In this document: piece after piece, positions 23,174-32,475 of the stretch
Layout of the letters: each line of letters starts with the position of its first letter
How positions within the stretch are numbered: the stretch's first letter is position 1
Program-made: the position numbers and the translations under genes
Origin: an uncultured delta proteobacterium
GTDB taxonomy: Bacteria; Myxococcota_A; Polyangia; Fen-1088
Length of the DNA: 64,000 nucleotides
Reading direction: 5' to 3'
Assembly (NCBI GenBank): GCA_963755125.1
Contig: CAVWIP010000001.1
Location: 64,001-128,000, forward strand
The notes under the pieces: generated by a model
Databases searched by the model: none
Told to the model about the DNA's origin: nothing
Seen by the model: only the letters and a program-made list of their open reading frames with translations

Positions 23174-23907
23174 TTCGCTTGCACGTCAACGTCGACCACG
23201 TCGCGACGCTGCGCCAGCAGCGCGACACCATCTATCCTGACCCGGTGCTGGCCGCCGGCCTGTGCGAGCTGGCGGGCGCCGACGGCATCACCGCGCACCT
23301 GCGCGAGGACCGGCGCCACATCCAGGACCGCGACGTGCGCCTGTTGCGCCAGACGGTGCGCGGCGTGCTCAATCTGGAAATGGCCGCGGTGCCGTCGATC
23401 GTGGACATTGCCCTGGAGATCAAACCCGACTTCTGCACGCTGGTGCCCGAGAAGCGGCAGGAGCGGACCACGGAAGGCGGGCTGGATCTACGCGGGCAGG
23501 GGGCGGTCATTGGCCGCGCCGTGCGCACCTTGCGCGACGCCGGCATCGGCGTCAGCCTGTTCATCGATCCCGAGGAGGACGCGGCGCGGGCCAGCGCCGA
23601 TCTGGGCGCCACCTGCGCCGAGTTGCACACGGGTGACTACTGCCATGCCGCTTCCGGCAGCGCAGCCGCACGCCGCGAGCTGGCCCGGCTGGAGAAGGCG
23701 GGACGGGCGGTGGCGGATGCCGGGTTGCGCCTGGCTGCGGGGCACGGCCTCGACTACGGCAACGTCGGTCCTGTAGCGGCTTTGCCTTTCTTGGAGGAGC
23801 TGAACATCGGTCACAGCATCATCGCGCGCGCGGTGCTGGTCGGCATGGAACGCGCCGTGGGCGACATGCGCGTGGCCATCGCGGCCGGCGCGAGGAATGC
23901 TGAGTAG
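23170..23907 (+). CDS. pdxJ: Pyridoxine 5'-phosphate synthase
   Basis: [42 protein letters not shown]. Confidence 0.97.
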
Positions 23908-23915
23908 GGGTTTTC

Positions 23916-25481
23916 ATGGCGCTGGTCCTTTCTGCAGCCCAGATGAAAGCGGTCGACCGCGCCGCCATAGACAAGCTCGGGTTGCCGGGCTTGGTCCTGA
24001 TGGAGAACGCGGGTCGCGGAGTGGCGGAGATTATTGCCCGGGAGAAATCCCACCTGTCTGACCTGGACGTGCGCGTGGTGTGCGGCGCCGGCCAGAACGG
24101 TGGCGATGGGTTCGTGGTGGCTCGTCACCTCCTCGACCGGGGCGCTCAGGTGCAGGTTTTCCTGGCCATGCCGCGCGAGAAGATGGCTGGCGACGCGGCG
24201 GTCTTTGCCCGCGTATTCGAGGCCCTGCCCGGTGCGCTGGTGCGCGATGCTTCGTTCGAAGAGGACGCCACCACATGGCGCGCGTATCTAGCCGGGGCTG
24301 ACGTGATCGTTGATGCGGTGTTTGGCACCGGGCTGCGTTCCGACGTGATCGGTCCGGCCGCGGCTGCCATTCGCGCCATGAACGCGGTCGACACCCTACG
24401 CGTCGCGGTCGACATCCCCTCGGGGCTGGACGCGGACACAGGCGTCGTGCGCGGGGGCGCGGTCTTGGCCCATGTGACAGCGACCATGGGTTGCCGCAAG
24501 CTCGGCTTGGTTCTGGATCCCGATGCGCCGGTCGGGCGGGTCGAGGTCGTGGATTTGGGCGTGCCGCCCGATGCGGCGCTGGAAGCTGCCAGGGCCGAGG
24601 GGCCGCTTTGTTACTGGCTGGAACGCGCAGGCGTCGCGCGAATGTTGCCCCGACCTGGTCCGGGAGCCCACAAGGGCACGGCCGGTCACGTCCTGATCAT
24701 CGCCGGGTCGGCTGGCAAGACCGGCGCAGCCCTGCTGGCGGCGCGGGCGGCTCTGCGCACCGGCGCGGGCCTCGCCACCATGGCCACGACTAGAGCCGGT
24801 CAGACGGCGCTCGATGCCAAGGTCGTGGCCGAGATGACAGCTGTGTACGCAGACGGCGACGACGCCGATGGGGCGAGCTATGCGCGCATTCTGGCCCTGG
24901 CAGGCCGAATGAAGGCGGCGGCTTTGGGACCGGGCATTCCCACCGGGCCGGGCATGGCGGCCATGGTGCGCCGGCTGGTGGGGGAGTTGCCCATCCCCCT
25001 GGTGGTTGACGCCGATGCCTTGAATCTGCTGGGCGAGGACGCGGCTGCATTGGCGACTTCGGCCCGCGCCGCCCGCGTTCTGACCCCTCACCCCGGCGAG
25101 ATGGCGCGCGTCTGCGGGCTGCCCGTCGGGGAAATCAGCAAGGACCGGTTGGGCCACGCGCGCCGGCTAGCCGAGCGATCGCGTGCCGTGGTGGTCTTGA
25201 AGGGCGCGCGCACGGTGATTGCACGTCCCGACGGAACGGCCCACATCAACCCGACTGCCAATCCGGCCCTGGGCACCGCTGGCAGCGGCGACGTCCTTAC
25301 CGGGGTCATCGCGTCCTTGCTGGGGCAAGGGCTGGCGGCGCCCGACGCGGCCTGCGCGGGCGTGTTCGTGCACGGAGAATCGGCGGAGACCGCCATCCGG
25401 ACGCTGGGTTCACACAATCTCATGGCGGGCGATCTGCCTGACGCCATCGCGCGCACCCTGGAAGGGCTGCGCTCGTTGTAG
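23916..25481 (+). CDS. nnr: Bifunctional NAD(P)H-hydrate epimerase/dehydratase
   Basis: LMENAG, GQNGGDG, DAVFGTG, AVDIPSG; HKG..GHV, DADAL, TPHPGE, LKGA, GSGDVLTG. Confidence 0.93.
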   Translation: MALVLSAAQMKAVDRAAIDKLGLPGLVLMENAGRGVAEIIAREKSHLSDLDVRVVCGAGQNGGDGFVVARHLLDRGAQVQVFLAMPREKMAGDAAVFARVFEALPGALVRDASFEEDATTWRAYLAGADVIVDAVFGTGLRSDVIGPAAAAIRAMNAVDTLRVAVDIPSGLDADTGVVRGGAVLAHVTATMGCRKLGLVLDPDAPVGRVEVVDLGVPPDAALEAARAEGPLCYWLERAGVARMLPRPGPGAHKGTAGHVLIIAGSAGKTGAALLAARAALRTGAGLATMATTRAGQTALDAKVVAEMTAVYADGDDADGASYARILALAGRMKAAALGPGIPTGPGMAAMVRRLVGELPIPLVVDADALNLLGEDAAALATSARAARVLTPHPGEMARVCGLPVGEISKDRLGHARRLAERSRAVVVLKGARTVIARPDGTAHINPTANPALGTAGSGDVLTGVIASLLGQGLAAPDAACAGVFVHGESAETAIRTLGSHNLMAGDLPDAIARTLEGLRSL

Positions 25482-25490
25482 ACTCTAGCC

Positions 25491-25772
25491 ATGACCAAGG
25501 ACACCATCATCGTTGCGCTTTCGGCCGAGGGCCTTTCGGCCAGTCAAGATGCCTTCGCGATTTCTGAGGAGCGCGAGGCGACTTTCCTCGTGGCCGCACC
25601 CGGCGACGTGATGCCGCTGAACAAGGTCGTCCGGGTCGAGCTGCGTGACAAGGTTCTGTGCCTGCACACGGCCAAGGATGACCACTTCTGGTTCAGCTAC
25701 GACCTCATCCTGGGCCTGCGTGTGCTGGCGGCGAAGCCCGGCAAGGAACGCCTCGCAGGCTTCGCCAAGTAG
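25491..25772 (+). CDS. Small hypothetical protein
   Basis: 93 aa ORF 9 nt after nnr, normal codon usage. Confidence 0.65.
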   Translation: MTKDTIIVALSAEGLSASQDAFAISEEREATFLVAAPGDVMPLNKVVRVELRDKVLCLHTAKDDHFWFSYDLILGLRVLAAKPGKERLAGFAK

Positions 25773-25796
25773 CCGCGCGCCGTTTGGCTACAGCTA

Positions 25797-27488
25797 TCAG
25801 CGGATCGACATCGACCAGTTCGCGATGGTGTTCTTGCCCTTGTAGGCAGGAAAGCCGAAGGACTGCATCTGATTCAAGATGCACATGGGAAGCGGTCCCT
25901 TGCCCTGGCCGTTGACCCGCACCGCCTTGACCCGTCCGGTGGGCTGAACCACGAAGTCGACCTCGATGGTCGGCACGCCCTTGCCCATGATGCAGGGAAC
26001 CAGCCGGCGGTAGTTGGCGTGCATGACTCGGTCGATCGTGCCCTCGTCGAGAATGGCGTCGCCACCCCCCTGGGTCACATCGCCCAGGTCCATGCTGTTG
26101 TTGAAGTCCTCTGCGCGACCGGCCACGCCGCCGCCGGGCCCACCGTGCCTGGCGCCGCCCGCCCGCCGGTGTTCCGGAAACGAGATCTTGACGTCCTTGA
26201 GGAAGGCATCCACGTCGGCTTCGCTCACGCGTGAGGCCAGTACGTCATCCTTGGCGGCCACGCGCTGGTGGATGAACCAGGCCAGGCCCGCGGCAAGCGC
26301 CACCACCGCCGAGCCGATGATGAAGATCGTCCAGCGGCCCTTCTTGCGCTCCACGTGCTCGTGCGCCTGCTCGGCCTGCGCCCGTCGCTGGGCTTCGAGC
26401 CGGCGTTCGGTGAGGCGCGTGAACTCGACCAGCTGCGGATTCTCGCGAATCTTCTGCCGGTCGCCCGAGTCGACGTCGACGATGATGTCGTCGCCGTTGA
26501 AGATGCCCTTTTCCATCTGGGCCATGACCTGGGCCAGGGAGAACGGGCCGTAATCGAGCTTGTCCTTCTGGATGAGCCAGCGCTCGTACTCCTCGGTCAG
26601 ACGCACGGCATCCGCGACACTGAAGGACTTGCCCATGCTCAGCCGGGCCGAGGGTGCCTTCGGCTGCACGGCCGCTGGCTGCACGCCTCCTGCCATGCTG
26701 GCGAGAACCGCCCCGAGCGCGTCCAGCAGTTCCTTGGGCCTGGAGAAACGTGTCTCCGACAGCGGCGCCATGCCGCGCGCCACCACCGCATCCACCGCGG
26801 GCGGAACCGCCGAGTTCACCTGACTGGGCGGCCACAGCGGCGAGGCCGGGGCATGACCGGTGAGCATCTCGTACAAGATCGCCGCAAGCGAGTACACGTC
26901 CGCCGAAGGCGAAAGCTCCTCACCCGCCGCCACCTCGGGCGCGAGGTAGACGCCCTGCGAGTTGAAGTCAGCCCCACCTCGCCGCGCCAGCGCAGGCAAC
27001 GCACGCGAAAGGCCCAAGTCGGTCAGTTTGACCCGTCCGGCAGACGTGACCCGGATGGCCGAGGGATTGACGCCGCCATGGACCAGGGTCGAATGCACCC
27101 TATCCAGGGCGTTGCCCACGTGCCCCAGCAGGACATGGGCATGAGTCAGGCCAATCACGCTTCCTTCGCGGCGTTTGGCGTCCAAGATCTGTCGCAGACT
27201 GGGGCCGTCGGTAGCTTCGGTAGCGACGTAGATGCGATCACCTTCAAGACCCCAGGCAACCAGCGTCGCCAGGTTCTTGTGTGACACCTGAGCAGCCTTG
27301 CCCAGGTCAGTTTCCACAACGGTTCGTGTCATTTCCGTCGCGCTGAAGACACGCAAGGCTACCGCGGCGCCACCCTGGGAATCTTGGGCTTGGTAGAGTT
27401 CACTGCCGCCTTCTTCACCCAAGAAGCTCTGGATCTGGAAGCGACCGCCGACCAGCGTGCCCGCCGAGATCTGGTTGTTGCGTTTCAT
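25797..27488 (-). CDS. Pseudokinase-GYF_2-transmembrane-AgmX/PglI-like C-terminal domain protein
   Basis: Kinase fold with VALR, HGG, DLG, YLAPE; WLIQKDKLDYGPFS GYF_2-like motif; TM helix; C-terminal VDFVVQPTGRV...CIL...FP domain; start uncertain. Confidence 0.75.
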   Translation of the reverse strand: MKRNNQISAGTLVGGRFQIQSFLGEEGGSELYQAQDSQGGAAVALRVFSATEMTRTVVETDLGKAAQVSHKNLATLVAWGLEGDRIYVATEATDGPSLRQILDAKRREGSVIGLTHAHVLLGHVGNALDRVHSTLVHGGVNPSAIRVTSAGRVKLTDLGLSRALPALARRGGADFNSQGVYLAPEVAAGEELSPSADVYSLAAILYEMLTGHAPASPLWPPSQVNSAVPPAVDAVVARGMAPLSETRFSRPKELLDALGAVLASMAGGVQPAAVQPKAPSARLSMGKSFSVADAVRLTEEYERWLIQKDKLDYGPFSLAQVMAQMEKGIFNGDDIIVDVDSGDRQKIRENPQLVEFTRLTERRLEAQRRAQAEQAHEHVERKKGRWTIFIIGSAVVALAAGLAWFIHQRVAAKDDVLASRVSEADVDAFLKDVKISFPEHRRAGGARHGGPGGGVAGRAEDFNNSMDLGDVTQGGGDAILDEGTIDRVMHANYRRLVPCIMGKGVPTIEVDFVVQPTGRVKAVRVNGQGKGPLPMCILNQMQSFGFPAYKGKNTIANWSMSIR

Positions 27489-27657
27489 GTCTGCGGAAAG
27501 GGAAGGGCTCATGGGCAGTTTGATATTACAGGCTATCTCCCTATCGACAGTAACAGGAATTTCTGTGAGCCGTGCTGCGAAGTCGAGCGCTCCGCATGTC
27601 CAGATATGAATGGCAGCTGCTGTTCGAGGTATGGGAACCCTTTCAGGGTTCCCATGA

Positions 27658-28278
27658 TCATGAACTTCTGAATCGACGTACCAGCTCACGCAAGCGGCGC
27701 GAACCTCCACCCTCGCGAAATACGAATCGGATACCGATCTGGCCCGGACCCGCGTGGTAGATTACGCGGCCGGAAATGGCCATGGGGGCCACGCCGCCAG
27801 GTGGGACAATGTCGAGGACGACATCGGTGCCCAGCGACGGGACCGCTTTCGCACAAAGCAGCGCGCCGTTGGTGCTGATCTCGCGCAGGTCGGCGTCTGC
27901 TGGCTCGGGATCGCTGGCGAGGCGAAGCTTGACCGGCAAGCCTATGGGAATTCGCGTATGCCGTCGACGTGGACCGGGCTTGCGCTGTCCGTCCAGGGTC
28001 TGGAGCACGAAATCGCGCTTGGCCCCTTCTTCGGTCGCGAACTTGACCAAGGCACCGGCCCGCACCCGCAGCCGGGGCAGGGCGGGCCGCCAGGACACCA
28101 CTGAGCCGCGTATGAAGACCCGGTTGGGCAGGGCCTTGCAGATGATCTCGACCACCACCTCGTCATCCGGCACGAGGTGCTTGGTTGTCGGACAGAAGAT
28201 CCCGCCTTCGGGATGATCAGTATTGTAGAAACTGCGAAACTCCTCAGCACTTCTGCAGCGGACACGCAGAATGTTCAA
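27658..28278 (-). CDS. Tandem PilZ-domain protein
   Basis: N-terminal PilZ-like GGIFCPT unit; second unit with RRHTR (RxxxR) and EISTNG motifs, G.RF. Confidence 0.8.
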   Translation of the reverse strand: MNILRVRCRSAEEFRSFYNTDHPEGGIFCPTTKHLVPDDEVVVEIICKALPNRVFIRGSVVSWRPALPRLRVRAGALVKFATEEGAKRDFVLQTLDGQRKPGPRRRHTRIPIGLPVKLRLASDPEPADADLREISTNGALLCAKAVPSLGTDVVLDIVPPGGVAPMAISGRVIYHAGPGQIGIRFVFREGGGSRRLRELVRRFRSS

Positions 28279-28356
28279 TGCATACCCCCTCCTGAAGGGG
28301 TCTGTAACTGATGGTGGCTTGCTTACTATGATTGTACTAGCTTTCGCGTTTTCCGG

Positions 28357-29226
28357 ATGTCAATCCGTATTCACATCAACGGCCGGCCCCATCCGCCCGA
28401 AGAAGCTGCCGTGCCGGTCTTCGACAGGGGCTTTCTTTTCGGCGACAGCGTGTATGAAACTGTGGGCACGAATCGTGGACGGCTGGTCTTTCTCGACGAC
28501 CACCTGGACCGCCTGGCCCGCTCCGCGGAGCGGCTGTTCCTGCAGCTTCCCCCGCGTGACGAGATCGAGCGGGCGGTGCGCGAGACACTGGCTGCGGCGG
28601 AGAATCCCGAATCGCGCGTGAGAATCACGGTGACGCGGGGAAGCGGAATCGTGGATCTCGATCCTGCCGCGGCCAGTCAGCCGCGCCTGGTGGTCATCGT
28701 CCAGCCGTTGGGCGCACCGTCGCCAGAGGTGTATGAGCAGGGCGCCGAGGTCGAGATCGTGTCGGTGACGAGAAACTCGCCGCGGGCTATCGATCCAGCG
28801 GTCAAGTCGGGCAACTACCTGAACAACGTGCTGGCCATGGGCGAGGCCCGCCGGCGACGTCCCTCGGTCCACGAGGCCATCCTTTGCGCGGCCAGCGGGA
28901 GCGTGGCTGAAGGAGCGACGAGCAACGTGTTCGCGGTCGTCGCCGGCCAACTTCGCACGCCAGCGCTCGAGGTTGGGATTCTGGATGGCGTGACCCGCGG
29001 GAAGATCCTGGCGCTGGCGCGCACGAATGGTATCTCGTGTCAGGAGGTTCCGTTCATGAGTCCCGACGAGTTCCGGCGGGCAGACGAGGCTTTCTTGACC
29101 AGCTCGGTTCGCAGCGTGTTGCCTGTCTGCCGGGTCGATGGGCTGGCGCTGGGTGATGGCAAGCCTGGCACCATGACCCGGCGGCTGATGGTGCTCTATC
29201 GCCATCTGGTCGAGGCGCAAGCATGA
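28357..29226 (+). CDS. Class IV PLP-dependent aminotransferase (IlvE/Dat/PabC family)
   Basis: DRGFLFGDSVYET, VKSGNY, EGATSNVF, ILDGVTR, EAFLTSS. Confidence 0.92.
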   Translation: MSIRIHINGRPHPPEEAAVPVFDRGFLFGDSVYETVGTNRGRLVFLDDHLDRLARSAERLFLQLPPRDEIERAVRETLAAAENPESRVRITVTRGSGIVDLDPAAASQPRLVVIVQPLGAPSPEVYEQGAEVEIVSVTRNSPRAIDPAVKSGNYLNNVLAMGEARRRRPSVHEAILCAASGSVAEGATSNVFAVVAGQLRTPALEVGILDGVTRGKILALARTNGISCQEVPFMSPDEFRRADEAFLTSSVRSVLPVCRVDGLALGDGKPGTMTRRLMVLYRHLVEAQA

Positions 29227-29441
29227 ACCCTGCGCAGGCCGGACTGAAGTTCTTCGCGATAAGCGGTGCCATTCTGATCCTGAGCGGTGTGGCTCAGGCG
29301 CTGGCTCGGCCTCGGAGCGCGCGCGAACGTGGGATGCAGCGCTATTTCAACGGAGCCACGGTCCGGGCCATGGTGTTCGTGACCGTGGGGACGCTGGCCA
29401 TCATGGTGGGCCTTGGCGCGATTCGGATCGGGTTGCGATAG
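29223..29441 (+). CDS. Small two-TM membrane protein
   Basis: 72 aa, ATGA overlap with upstream gene, two hydrophobic segments. Confidence 0.6.
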   Translation: MNPAQAGLKFFAISGAILILSGVAQALARPRSARERGMQRYFNGATVRAMVFVTVGTLAIMVGLGAIRIGLR

Positions 29442-30016
29442 GAGAGCGTCCTGCGGTGGCGGGGGCGGTGTGGGTGACAGGAGCGGTGACGCTGACGGCA
29501 AGAGGGCCGGAAGCCGAGCCCCGAGCGCTGCGCGTCTCCCTGTCGAACCTATTGCTCGTGTCTTGGACCGCATCGTGGGCACTGCCCAAGCGATGCTGGG
29601 AGGCGGGCGTGGCATCTCTTGGAAGAAGGTCATCCCAAATCAGGTTTCCAATCTCTACCTGCTCATCGCCTTTGCCGAGGAGATGACATTGAAGACGCGC
29701 GGCGCAGAGCCATCCACCTAGCGTGCTACGAAAGGAGTAGCCGTCTACGTGAGTCGCGCGAGGAAACCGGCTCGGGAGCCGCCTTCCGAGCCCGCATTCA
29801 CGTAGATGCGGTTCGGGTGCAACGCTTATGTGACAGCCCGGCGGCTGTGCGCCTATGGGAACCTGAAGGTGCGCGGGTTGTGAGTCGTCAATGACGTGTG
29901 GAATCCTGACGAAACCCCTGTCATCTACACCGCACTCGGCCACGCCGAATTCCAGCAGTTCGTTGAATCGTTTGTGCTGATCCGCTAGAAGGACACGCTC
30001 TGCACGGCACCGCACC

Positions 30017-31348
30017 ATGATTGAACGCTACACCCGACCCGCACTGGCTGAACTGTGGTCTGATGCCCACCGCTACGAGACCTGGCTGCGGGTTGAGCTG
30101 GCGGCCTGCGAGGCCATGGAAGCCGCGGGCCGCGTTCCCGCGGGAACGGCCGAGAGCGTTCGCCAGAAGACCGCTGGCAAGCTGAATGCCAAACAAATTC
30201 TGGAAATCGAGGAGCGGACCAAGCACGACGTCATCGCGTTCCTCACCCACGTTGAGGAGTTGGCGGGCGAGCCGGCGCGATGGCTCCACCTGGGGATGAC
30301 GTCCTCCGACGTGCTGGATGCGTCCCTGGCCATCCTGCTGCGCCAGGCGGCTGATGAAATCGTGATCGGCGTCGACCAGCTCATGCAGGCGCTGGCGCGC
30401 AAGGCGGAACAGCATCGCAATACGCTGATGATCGGTCGCTCGCACGGCATCCACGCCGAGCCCATCACGGCGGGACTGGTGTTCGCCGGCTTCTTCAGCG
30501 AGGTCAGCCGCGCGCGACGCGCGTTGGTGGTGGCGCGCGAGGAGATCTCGGCCGGCAAGCTAGCCGGAGCGGTCGGCACCTATGCGACCCTGGACCCGGA
30601 GATCGAGATTCGTGCGCTGGGCGCCCTGGGTCTGCACCCGGAGGTCGTTCCCACCCAGGTCGTGGCGCGCGATCGCCACGCCGGCTACTTCATGGCCCTG
30701 GCCCGGCTGGGCACGGCGGTCGAGCGCATGGCGCTCACGGTTCGGCACTGGCAGCGGACCGAGGTCGGCGAGGCCATGGAAGCCTTTGGCAAGGGACAGA
30801 AGGGCTCGTCCGCAATGCCCCACAAAAAGAATCCGATTCTTTCCGAGAACCTGTGCGGGCTGGCGCGCGTGCTGCGTGCCTATGCCGGCGCAGCTTTGGA
30901 GGACGTGGCTCTCTGGCACGAACGCGACATCTCACATTCGTCGGTGGAGCGGGTGATTGGCCCCGACGCCACGGGCATCGCGGATTTCATGGTGCGACGG
31001 GCTGCCAGCTTGATCGACGGATTGGTGGTCAATGCGGAACGCATGCAGCACAATCTGGAGCTGACCGGCGGACTTTTTTTCAGTGAGGGCGTGATGCTGG
31101 CTCTCGTGCGCAAGGGTCTGGCGCGCCAGACGGCCTACGAGTTGGTGCAGAAGCACGCTCTGGCTGTCTCGGCCACGCTGGGGCAGCCGCCGGGATGCGC
31201 GCCCAGCTTCCGCGAGCGTGTGAGCGCTGATCCGGAGATTGCTGCCAAGCTGACCGTCGCCGATCTGGATGAGGCGTTCGATATCAAGCACCACCTGCGC
31301 TGGGGTAGTGTCATCATCGATCGCGCGCTGAGAGACCTAGACGTTTAG
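30017..31348 (+). CDS. purB: Adenylosuccinate lyase
   Basis: [34 protein letters not shown]. Confidence 0.97.
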   Translation: MIERYTRPALAELWSDAHRYETWLRVELAACEAMEAAGRVPAGTAESVRQKTAGKLNAKQILEIEERTKHDVIAFLTHVEELAGEPARWLHLGMTSSDVLDASLAILLRQAADEIVIGVDQLMQALARKAEQHRNTLMIGRSHGIHAEPITAGLVFAGFFSEVSRARRALVVAREEISAGKLAGAVGTYATLDPEIEIRALGALGLHPEVVPTQVVARDRHAGYFMALARLGTAVERMALTVRHWQRTEVGEAMEAFGKGQKGSSAMPHKKNPILSENLCGLARVLRAYAGAALEDVALWHERDISHSSVERVIGPDATGIADFMVRRAASLIDGLVVNAERMQHNLELTGGLFFSEGVMLALVRKGLARQTAYELVQKHALAVSATLGQPPGCAPSFRERVSADPEIAAKLTVADLDEAFDIKHHLRWGSVIIDRALRDLDV

Positions 31349-31367
31349 CAGCCGAGGGAGGAACGCC

Positions 31368-32330
31368 ATGGTTTCCAATGAACTGATTCGAGCACAGCTT
31401 GCCAAGACCCTGGAGAAGACCGACTTCCCCGAACTGGGCGAAAAGTACGTCGGCAAGGTCCGCGACTGCTACAGCAAGGACGGGCGGCGCACCATCGTGG
31501 TGACAGACCGGATCAGTGCCTTCGACGTCGTACTGGGTACCATCCCGTTCAAGGGCCAGGTGCTCAACCAGATCGCGGCTTACTGGTTCGAGTCCACCAG
31601 GCAGATCGCGTCCAATCACGTGCTGTCGGTGCCTGACCCGACGGTCATGGTGGCGGCCGAGTGCGAACTTCTCCCGGTCGAGTTCGTCATGCGCGCCTAT
31701 CTGACCGGCGTGACCACCACCTCCATCTGGTACCACTACGAGCGGGGCGGGCGCCTGTTCTGTGGCCACAAGCTCCCGGATGGCATGCGCAAGAACCAGA
31801 AGCTGGACAAGCCCATCCTCACGCCATCCACCAAGGCGGCCAAGGGCGGCCACGACCAGTCGGTGTCGCGCGAGGAGATCCTGGCCTCGGCCGTGCTGTC
31901 AGCCGACGACTTCGACCGCGCGGCCGAGATGTGCGCGCGCATCTTCGCCTTCGGCCAGAGCCTTGCGGCCCAGCGCGGACTCATTTTGGTCGACACCAAG
32001 TACGAGATCGGCCGGCGGCGCGACGGAAGCCTGTGCTTCATCGACGAGGTCCACACCCCCGACAGTTCGCGCTACTGGTACGCCGACGACTACCAGGCTC
32101 GCTTCGATCGGGGCGACGAGCCGCGCGGGCTGGACAAGGAGTATCTGCGTCGCGTGCTGGCCGATCAGGGCTACCGCGGTGACGGACCGCCGCCACCACT
32201 TGCCGACGAGGTCCGTTGCGAGGCGGCCCGTCGCTACATCGCCCTCTATGAGCTGGTCACCGGGAAAGGGTTCGTGCCGGACTTCGAGGAGCCGGCGGGC
32301 AGAATTCGCCGGAATCTCGGGATCAAGTAG
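31368..32330 (+). CDS. purC: SAICAR synthetase
   Basis: [39 protein letters not shown]. Confidence 0.96.
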   Translation: MVSNELIRAQLAKTLEKTDFPELGEKYVGKVRDCYSKDGRRTIVVTDRISAFDVVLGTIPFKGQVLNQIAAYWFESTRQIASNHVLSVPDPTVMVAAECELLPVEFVMRAYLTGVTTTSIWYHYERGGRLFCGHKLPDGMRKNQKLDKPILTPSTKAAKGGHDQSVSREEILASAVLSADDFDRAAEMCARIFAFGQSLAAQRGLILVDTKYEIGRRRDGSLCFIDEVHTPDSSRYWYADDYQARFDRGDEPRGLDKEYLRRVLADQGYRGDGPPPPLADEVRCEAARRYIALYELVTGKGFVPDFEEPAGRIRRNLGIK

Positions 32331-32475
32331 GCGCCGAATTCTGACACGGCTGGGCGGGCACGGCGGCAAAGCCCCCGGCCTGCCAACAACAGTGTTTGAC
32401 CTTGCCCACCGGCGCGAATAGTCTCTCGCATCTATCGCCAGGGTCTCGCTTAGTCGCGTTTCGCAGGGAGGCGAC

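Noticed and set aside
29453..29480. G-rich GCGGTGGCGGGGG tract similar to 48092-48110 and to part of the 65 bp repeat
   Set aside because: Too short and low-complexity to distinguish from chance in GC-rich DNA
29900..29925. CTGACGAAAC resembling a hammerhead ribozyme core, or a purine/ZTP riboswitch before purB
   Set aside because: No stem II between CUGANGA and GAAA, and no riboswitch consensus could be matched by eye
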